From: Saccharolobus solfataricus
Lineage (GTDB): Archaea; Thermoproteota; Thermoprotei_A; Sulfolobales; Sulfolobaceae
Direction: 5' to 3'
Assembly (NCBI RefSeq): GCF_900079115.1
Contig: NZ_LT549890.1
Coordinates: 1,620,001 to 1,652,000 of the forward strand
Length of the DNA stretch: 32,000 nucleotides
Part shown: positions 27,084 to 32,000 of the stretch, one piece after another
How the letters are laid out: every line of letters starts with the position of its first letter
Numbering within the stretch: position 1 is the stretch's first letter
Notes under the pieces: model-generated
Seen by the model: the letters and a program-made list of their open reading frames with translations, nothing else
What the model was told of the DNA's origin: nothing
The model's database searches: none
Position numbers and translations under genes: made by a program

Positions 27084-27227
27084 CTCGCACATAAGCTTTT
27101 TCAGAGGCTGTTTTCATGTTCTAATTCCTTAGCTACATCTCGATCGAAACGATTAATTGTGAAAATTTCTAGTTTAATTTTATTTTACTATATGATATCG
27201 AATAAGATGACTGCATGAGAACACTCC
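27084..27227 (+). mobile_element. IS1-like leader fragment, part 2, including the terminal inverted repeat
   Basis: ctcgcacataagctttttcagaggctg...tatgatatcgaataagatgactgcatgagaacactcc matches 9545-9688. It ends 17 nt from the stop of the 199-aa gene. Confidence 0.85.
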
Positions 27228-27244
27228 CTATAATTTAGAGAGTG

Positions 27245-27844
27245 TTATTTGGAAGTTTGCCTTATATCCTTTAACACATTTTCTATTTCCTTGAATAGTT
27301 CGTCAATAGCCTTTTCTATGCAGTTATCTTTTATCTTTTTTAACTCCTTTTTATATTCTTGACAGCATCCTCTGCCTCTAAATTCTTTTATCTGCTCATT
27401 ACAAATTTTTAAAATAAAGTCCTCAATACAGCAATAATATCCGAGAAAGACGAAGTACATACGAAATTTTTTACTTCCTACTGAACATGAAAATCTATAA
27501 ATATCATATTCATTGTTAAGCTTTATCACGTCAGATGTGTATATTCCGTAATCTTTTGCAGTTTCCTTTACGCATTCTACATAATCTAAGGTACAGTGTT
27601 CCTTATCTATAAATATTATGTAGTTCAAGGAGAATCTCTTAACATCGTTTTTAACAAACTTAAGTACACTCTCAATCCCAATACCTATAGGCAAACTTTT
27701 ACCCTTAGCACCGCTCTCCGGAATAAACAGTAATAGCTCACAGTATTTATCCTTGTTCTTCTCAAGAGCGTTTCTGACAATCTCCCTATCAAAAGATCCG
27801 TCTCCAAAAACTATTTCGGTTGTAGCATTACTGCTGAATTTCAT
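27245..27844 (-). CDS. Cys-rich 199-aa protein, possibly Toprim/DUF4276-like; partner of the upstream ATPase
   Basis: The motif order EIVFGDGSFDRE (N-term), YIIFIDKEH (middle), YYCCIEDFIL (C-term) mirrors the acidic E/D-G, DxD/E and E motifs of DUF4276/RloB/OLD-Toprim modules. Its ATG overlaps the ATPase stop (TGATG). The fold assignment is an inference. Confidence 0.6.
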   Translation of the reverse strand: MKFSSNATTEIVFGDGSFDREIVRNALEKNKDKYCELLLFIPESGAKGKSLPIGIGIESVLKFVKNDVKRFSLNYIIFIDKEHCTLDYVECVKETAKDYGIYTSDVIKLNNEYDIYRFSCSVGSKKFRMYFVFLGYYCCIEDFILKICNEQIKEFRGRGCCQEYKKELKKIKDNCIEKAIDELFKEIENVLKDIRQTSK

Positions 27845-29238
27845 CAGTGTATTTTTAATGCAGTATATCTTAAATCTTCATAGTATAGCCTATCCAAAAC
27901 CTCCTCAGATGTAAGAACTTCATATTTATCATCGTTAATTAATATAAACCTAACCTTATCCGACCGCTTTTCAGCTAAATACGCGTAAATATCACTGCTT
28001 TGTGTGGTAATAAGTATTAAGTCAACGTCTATTTTCAGTAGAAGATCATAGAACATCTTAAGCAAATCCGGATGCAATGCGAAGCCCTCCAGATCATCTA
28101 TCAGAATAATTCTCGGCTGGTAAATTACATATAGCAAGATGAAATTCAATAAGCTCTTATAACCATAACCAAGTTCGTTGATTGACACATCAGTTCTGTC
28201 ATTAAAAAGCACCCTAAGTTCATTCCCAGAAGATAGATAAACGTAGAATATGTTAGGGTCAAATGAGTTCAATAATTCAGTAACTTTACGTAAACTTGAT
28301 TTCACGTAAGGGAGTACCTTATCGTCAATCACAAAGTCAATATCGTGGGAGTATATTAAGAGTACGTTCACATCTGCAGACCTATTAACTTGTGAGTAGG
28401 AAAACTCAGCCTTATAGTAGGTGTAGTTTACAAACAGTTCGGTTTCAGCAATTTCTGTTGAGATATTCCCTCTGAACTTCCTTATCTTATCCTCATTTTT
28501 ACCTAACATTGCTATAGCTTCCAATATGGTTGTCTTCCCTACGTTATTCTTACCCAGAATTACCCCTATTTTAAACTCTGGAAAAATCATCTTGAAATCC
28601 CTAAACCTTCTAAAATTACTTATCCTAATTCCAATTCCCAGGCTTGACAGTCGTTCCGGTAAGCTTAATATATACTGAGTGTTTACATAAGGAGAGTCGT
28701 AAAGCCTGACAAATGCTCCTTTACCGTATTTGTAAATCCAGGTGGAATAAAGCGTGTAAGGATGGCTCTTTACTATACTTATGGGTATTAACAAGGGATG
28801 AGGTTCAACGGGTCTCCACGAATCTTTAGGATCATATTTTAACATTTCACCCACTATGGAATTTTCACTCTTCTCAGACAGAGGTTTATGTCCCATTACG
28901 CTTATAGGCTTAAAAGGGAAAGGATTTCCCTTACTAAAGAGCTCCTTTTTTATACCATCCTTCTCGATGTAGAAAAAGGGGACATCGCCAGTCCAAATTA
29001 CAACACCTCCTCTTTCCATAAATTTAAATAGCGGGGTCTCATTTACGGGTATTTTAGGATATTCATATAGGGAATATGGAATAACGTCCGTACCGAAAAT
29101 TAGGAAAGCCCTCTCTTTTTGAGAGTTAACCCAATCAACTACTGAATTATAATCTACGACTTTTACCTCCTTAAGTGGCTTACTGCAAAGTTCGTTTGCC
29201 CAACTGTATGTTTTACCGCAATAGATTGCCATTTCCAT
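27844..29238 (-). CDS. AAA_21/ABC-type ATPase (aa ~200-464) fused to an unassigned ~200-aa N-terminal domain
   Basis: IRISNFRRFRDFKMIF...ILGKNNVGKTTILEAIAMLG is the Walker A (aa 229-236). LGYGYKSLL is signature-like. IILIDDLEGFALHP is the Walker B plus LHP (aa 377-390). ITTQSS is at the H-loop position. I could match no motif in the N-terminal domain. Confidence 0.75.
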   Translation of the reverse strand: MEMAIYCGKTYSWANELCSKPLKEVKVVDYNSVVDWVNSQKERAFLIFGTDVIPYSLYEYPKIPVNETPLFKFMERGGVVIWTGDVPFFYIEKDGIKKELFSKGNPFPFKPISVMGHKPLSEKSENSIVGEMLKYDPKDSWRPVEPHPLLIPISIVKSHPYTLYSTWIYKYGKGAFVRLYDSPYVNTQYILSLPERLSSLGIGIRISNFRRFRDFKMIFPEFKIGVILGKNNVGKTTILEAIAMLGKNEDKIRKFRGNISTEIAETELFVNYTYYKAEFSYSQVNRSADVNVLLIYSHDIDFVIDDKVLPYVKSSLRKVTELLNSFDPNIFYVYLSSGNELRVLFNDRTDVSINELGYGYKSLLNFILLYVIYQPRIILIDDLEGFALHPDLLKMFYDLLLKIDVDLILITTQSSDIYAYLAEKRSDKVRFILINDDKYEVLTSEEVLDRLYYEDLRYTALKIH

Positions 29239-29259
29239 AATCTAGTTTACTCAATTCGG

Positions 29260-29268
29260 TATAAAAAG
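29260..29268 (-). promoter_or_regulatory. TATA box for the ATPase operon (leaderless geometry)
   Basis: The minus strand reads ctttttata, centred ~26 nt upstream of ATG 29238. Confidence 0.45.
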
Positions 29269-29365
29269 GACTCACTTAGTATCAGCGAGATACTCGTTTG
29301 TGAAATTCTAAGTTAGGTTATAAATTTTTCCTCATCAGCTATGCTGGACCATTCATGTTTACATT

Positions 29366-29403
29366 TTGAATTCATTATATTTCAAAAATTATAATGAATT
29401 CAA
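29366..29403. repeat. Perfect 14-bp palindrome with a 10-nt spacer (ttgaattcattata-N10-tataatgaattcaa)
   Basis: Read directly. It lies ~130-165 nt upstream of the ATPase start, next to the IS1-like remnant. Confidence 0.9.
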
Positions 29404-29427
29404 TTAAGTGAAAACGGTCAAAAGTAT

Positions 29428-29638
29428 TAGTAAAATTAAATTAAACTAGAAATTTTCACAATTAGTCGTTTTAATCGAGATGTAGCTAAGGAATTAGAAC
29501 GTGAAAAACGGCCTCTGAAAAGCTCATGTGCGAGGGTTATGAAATCTTTTTGTGGTCGTACTAGAATGAGCCTCGTAAACCCTTTCACATAAGCTTTTCT
29601 AAAATAATGTCTTTGTTCAAATTTCTATATCTTAAGCG
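29428..29638 (-). mobile_element. Diverged, truncated IS1-like leader remnant in inverted orientation (terminal repeat lost)
   Basis: The reverse complement aligns with ~9455-9645 (cttaagat...ccctcgcacatgagcttttcagaggccgttt...ctaattgtgaaaatttctag...taattttacta) with many mismatches. Confidence 0.7.
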
Positions 29639-29693
29639 TTAAACAAGAGTTTTTCCATATTACTCCAATATTTTTACAAATATTTTTCGAATT

Positions 29694-30200
29694 TCATGAC
29701 TGTTTGAGAACACTCCACTCTAACAATTCTTTAATCTTACTCTCATCATAATTAACGTATATTTTGCCATTTTTCTTCTCTATAATTACATATTCCTTCA
29801 AAAGACCCGCATGAGCTATGAAATTCCTCTTTAACTCCTCTTCCGACAATTGTTTACTTCTTCCTTCCTCATCTTCGCTGTAAATTTCACTATATTGCTT
29901 TCTTTCTCCCTCTTTCAGATCTTTTGCCAAATTATAAATAATATTAATCTCCCTACTTATTAACGGTCCGGCGTTCATAGAAAACTTTTCTAAAATCTTT
30001 CCAAACTCCTCAATCTCCTCTTTAGTGTTATCCTTAACCTTACTACATACATAATCACATATAACATCAACCCAGGCACGATCTGGGTAAAGTTTCTCAT
30101 TTATCTTTATTTCTTTACCTTCAATTTTCACATTATTTAGGAAATACTGATAGTAATCATTATTAAACTCCTTTTTCTCTTTACATTTTTCAATAACCAT
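29694..30200 (-). CDS. Stand-alone HEPN-domain protein of the Csx1/Csm6 type, 168 aa
   Basis: RNFIAHAG (R125-x4-H130) is the Csx1/Csm6 HEPN RNase motif. Its ATG overlaps the stop of the CARF gene (TAATG). Confidence 0.7.
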   Translation of the reverse strand: MVIEKCKEKKEFNNDYYQYFLNNVKIEGKEIKINEKLYPDRAWVDVICDYVCSKVKDNTKEEIEEFGKILEKFSMNAGPLISREINIIYNLAKDLKEGERKQYSEIYSEDEEGRSKQLSEEELKRNFIAHAGLLKEYVIIEKKNGKIYVNYDESKIKELLEWSVLKQS

Positions 30201-30925
30201 TAGGGGGCATTTAACTTTAACGACTTAATTATAATCCTCTTTATAGGATCATCGCTTAACCCAACATTTATCTGAGTTAAATCAAAAGTATTCTTTTTCT
30301 CTTCCCTCTTAAATATCTCCATGTAAGTATACTCTTTATAGAGATTCGTTGGTACATAATTTATTACCTTAAATTTAAGATCTAATAATGAAGTGAGATT
30401 ATACAAAACACGAAAAACTATTATTGGCAAATAATTTACTCCATGTGTAGTATCTAAAACTATTTCATCATCATCAGCATCCTTCAATTCCTCATAAAGC
30501 TTCTGAACTAGAAGTGTTTCTACAATATAAGCATAAAGGTATGAAGGTAACTCCCTTTCTTTTAACTCGATCTTACCGTAGTTAAAATCATTTATCTTAC
30601 CTACAGCTGGAATCACTATGATACGCGTTTTATTAGCAGCTTCCTTATTAAGAGCATTTTCCACTATACAACTTATGTATTCTTTCACTTTATTTACCCA
30701 GCTTTCGTAGTCAGATGGTGTTTTCAGCTTTGAACAATTCTCAGCAACTTTATTCTTCGGCTTAGACTGTGGAGTAAGGACAGAATCTTGCACTATTAGA
30801 ATAATTTTTGAAGCGTTGTCGTAAGTAGATATCGTGCTAAAGCTTTTAATCTCCTTATCAGGACGCTTATATTCTACTTCAAACCAACCTGAAGGATCAC
30901 CCCACGTGGAAACGTAAACTACCAT
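30200..30925 (-). CDS. Stand-alone CARF-domain protein (Cas DxTHG / Csx1 N-terminal type), 241 aa
   Basis: The N-terminal strand [10 protein letters not shown] is followed by [13 protein letters not shown] (DxTHG at aa 158-162), the defining motif of the Cas_DxTHG/Csx1 CARF family. The length fits a single CARF domain. Confidence 0.7.
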   Translation of the reverse strand: MVVYVSTWGDPSGWFEVEYKRPDKEIKSFSTISTYDNASKIILIVQDSVLTPQSKPKNKVAENCSKLKTPSDYESWVNKVKEYISCIVENALNKEAANKTRIIVIPAVGKINDFNYGKIELKERELPSYLYAYIVETLLVQKLYEELKDADDDEIVLDTTHGVNYLPIIVFRVLYNLTSLLDLKFKVINYVPTNLYKEYTYMEIFKREEKKNTFDLTQINVGLSDDPIKRIIIKSLKLNAP

Positions 30926-31131
30926 ATAAATAAACTAGAATAGCGAAAAATAAATATTGTACTGTCAAGAAATTGCGTATTACTGATAGTGAGCTTTACC
31001 TTTCATGAAACAGTCCCTGCTCATTTTCTCTCCATAAGTTTTATTTGAGCGAATTGAGGGAAATGCTTACTAATACTACAAGCTTGGAGTACCGTTTATG
31101 GAGGAGGTTATGTCAGAGTAATCATTAAAAA

Positions 31132-31563
31132 CTACTTTTGTTTATAGTCCTTTATATGAATTACGAAAGGTAATTCTTTGACTTTTCTAATAAGTCTTTC
31201 ATCAGCAGTATAAACTTTCTCGTTGAGAACCTTACCCAATGCTATATATGCTGCATCATATATTGTTATACCGTATCTAAGAGATAAGGAAACCATTTCG
31301 TCCAATATATTTTCGAATCCGTAAAGCGTTATCTGAAAATCGGATAAAATTTTCCCTACCTCTTCCAGTTCCTTTTCTCCCAGACTATAAGTATACTTTA
31401 ACCCGTTTAGCACTTCAAAGGGAAGAATACAAGGTGCTAGTAAATCCTCTAAGCCTTTCACATATGCCTCCTTAAGAATTAACGCTTCTTTACTATAATT
31501 CTCATTAACAAACCATTTTATTACAACTGAAGCATCTACAACTGCCAATTCTTGTCTCTCCAT
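31132..31563 (-). CDS. vapC: PIN-domain toxin VapC, 143 aa
   Basis: AVVDASV (D10), PFEVLN, IYDAAYIALG and TADERL give the PIN acidic residues in canonical order. It overlaps the upstream antitoxin ORF. Confidence 0.8.
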   Translation of the reverse strand: MERQELAVVDASVVIKWFVNENYSKEALILKEAYVKGLEDLLAPCILPFEVLNGLKYTYSLGEKELEEVGKILSDFQITLYGFENILDEMVSLSLRYGITIYDAAYIALGKVLNEKVYTADERLIRKVKELPFVIHIKDYKQK

Positions 31564-31814
31564 TCCCTTATAATTTCTTCCGAACTCTTACCGCCATAAT
31601 TTAAGAAAAATTCATAAGATCTAACTGAAGCCTCAGCAATCTTCTTATAATCTTTTCTTTTTCCTTTTCTCTTCTCTTCTTCTTCCTCAATTACCTCTTC
31701 TATCTTTCTCCTTATTATCTCACTCCAATTTATATAACTCAACTCATCCATCTTCTTCTTCAACTTCTCATCTATTCTTATACTAATTATAGGCATATGT
31801 AAAAAATATGACAT
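31536..31814 (-). CDS. vapB: VapB-type RHH antitoxin (start possibly at ATG 31796, MPIISIRIDE...)
   Basis: ISIRIDEKLKKKMDELSYINWSEIIRRKIEEVI fits the RHH pattern. It lies upstream of and overlaps vapC. Confidence 0.65.
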   Translation of the reverse strand: MSYFLHMPIISIRIDEKLKKKMDELSYINWSEIIRRKIEEVIEEEEEKRKGKRKDYKKIAEASVRSYEFFLNYGGKSSEEIIREWRDKNWQL

Positions 31815-32000
31815 TCGTATATTATAAAATTTACGTATGCGTAATAAATGTATTATAACTGCTTAAGATTTCGTCTTCTTGCAATTACACAACATTTACA
31901 AAAGGTAGGAAAGCATAGTCCCTTCAAGCAGAGAATTCCCGCTATAAAAATCTTTCCGTATTTATGCATAAGGTAACTCTAGCTTCTCACTTTCGCTAAA

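Noticed and set aside
1-32000. Search for CRISPR arrays, tRNA, rRNA and C/D-box sRNA genes
   Set aside because: Every repeated sequence I found is explained by IS elements, MITEs or palindromes. I saw no regularly spaced 24-37-bp repeats, no tRNA-like acceptor or T-arm patterns and no convincing C/D box pairs by eye. A covariance-model scan would be needed to exclude small RNAs.
31815-32000. TATA-like box (ctataaaaatc ~31944) followed by ATG 31966
   Set aside because: The ORF is only 11 codons before a stop at the window edge, so I cannot tell whether an RNA or a gene starts here.

Overview
This is an AT-rich crenarchaeal chromosomal segment. The insertion-sequence (IS) repertoire and element sizes point to a Saccharolobus/Sulfolobus solfataricus-like genome; that assignment is an inference, not a database hit. 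Well over a third of the window is mobile DNA, visibly GC-richer than the host genes and often nested. An IS256-like element is split by an ISC1439-like IS. An archaeal ATPase gene is destroyed by an ISC1316-like IS605 element, whose tnpB is itself hit by two MITEs (miniature non-autonomous elements) and an IS1-like IS. There are three IS110-family elements, two IS630-family elements (one ISC1048-like), two truncated ISC1359-like copies and several MITEs or solo IS ends. Most transposase genes are frameshifted or interrupted. Host genes I can support are a class-II glutamine amidotransferase, a divergent copper amine oxidase / APC permease pair, two VapBC pairs, an edge-truncated HEPN gene and a few small hypothetical genes. 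The best candidates for a novel system lie at 27.2-30.9 kb, where four genes share the minus strand. One pair is an AAA_21-type ATPase carrying an unassigned ~200-aa N-terminal domain, translationally coupled to a Cys-rich Toprim/DUF4276-like protein. The other pair is a Csx1-like effector split into separate CARF (DxTHG) and HEPN (Rx4H) polypeptides. A second candidate is an uncharacterised coupled gene pair at 596-3459, whose second protein ends in a PD-(D/E)xK-like motif and which sits directly behind an orphan IS110 left end. I recognised no rRNA, tRNA or CRISPR array. All calls come from reading translations and repeats by eye, and no searches were run.
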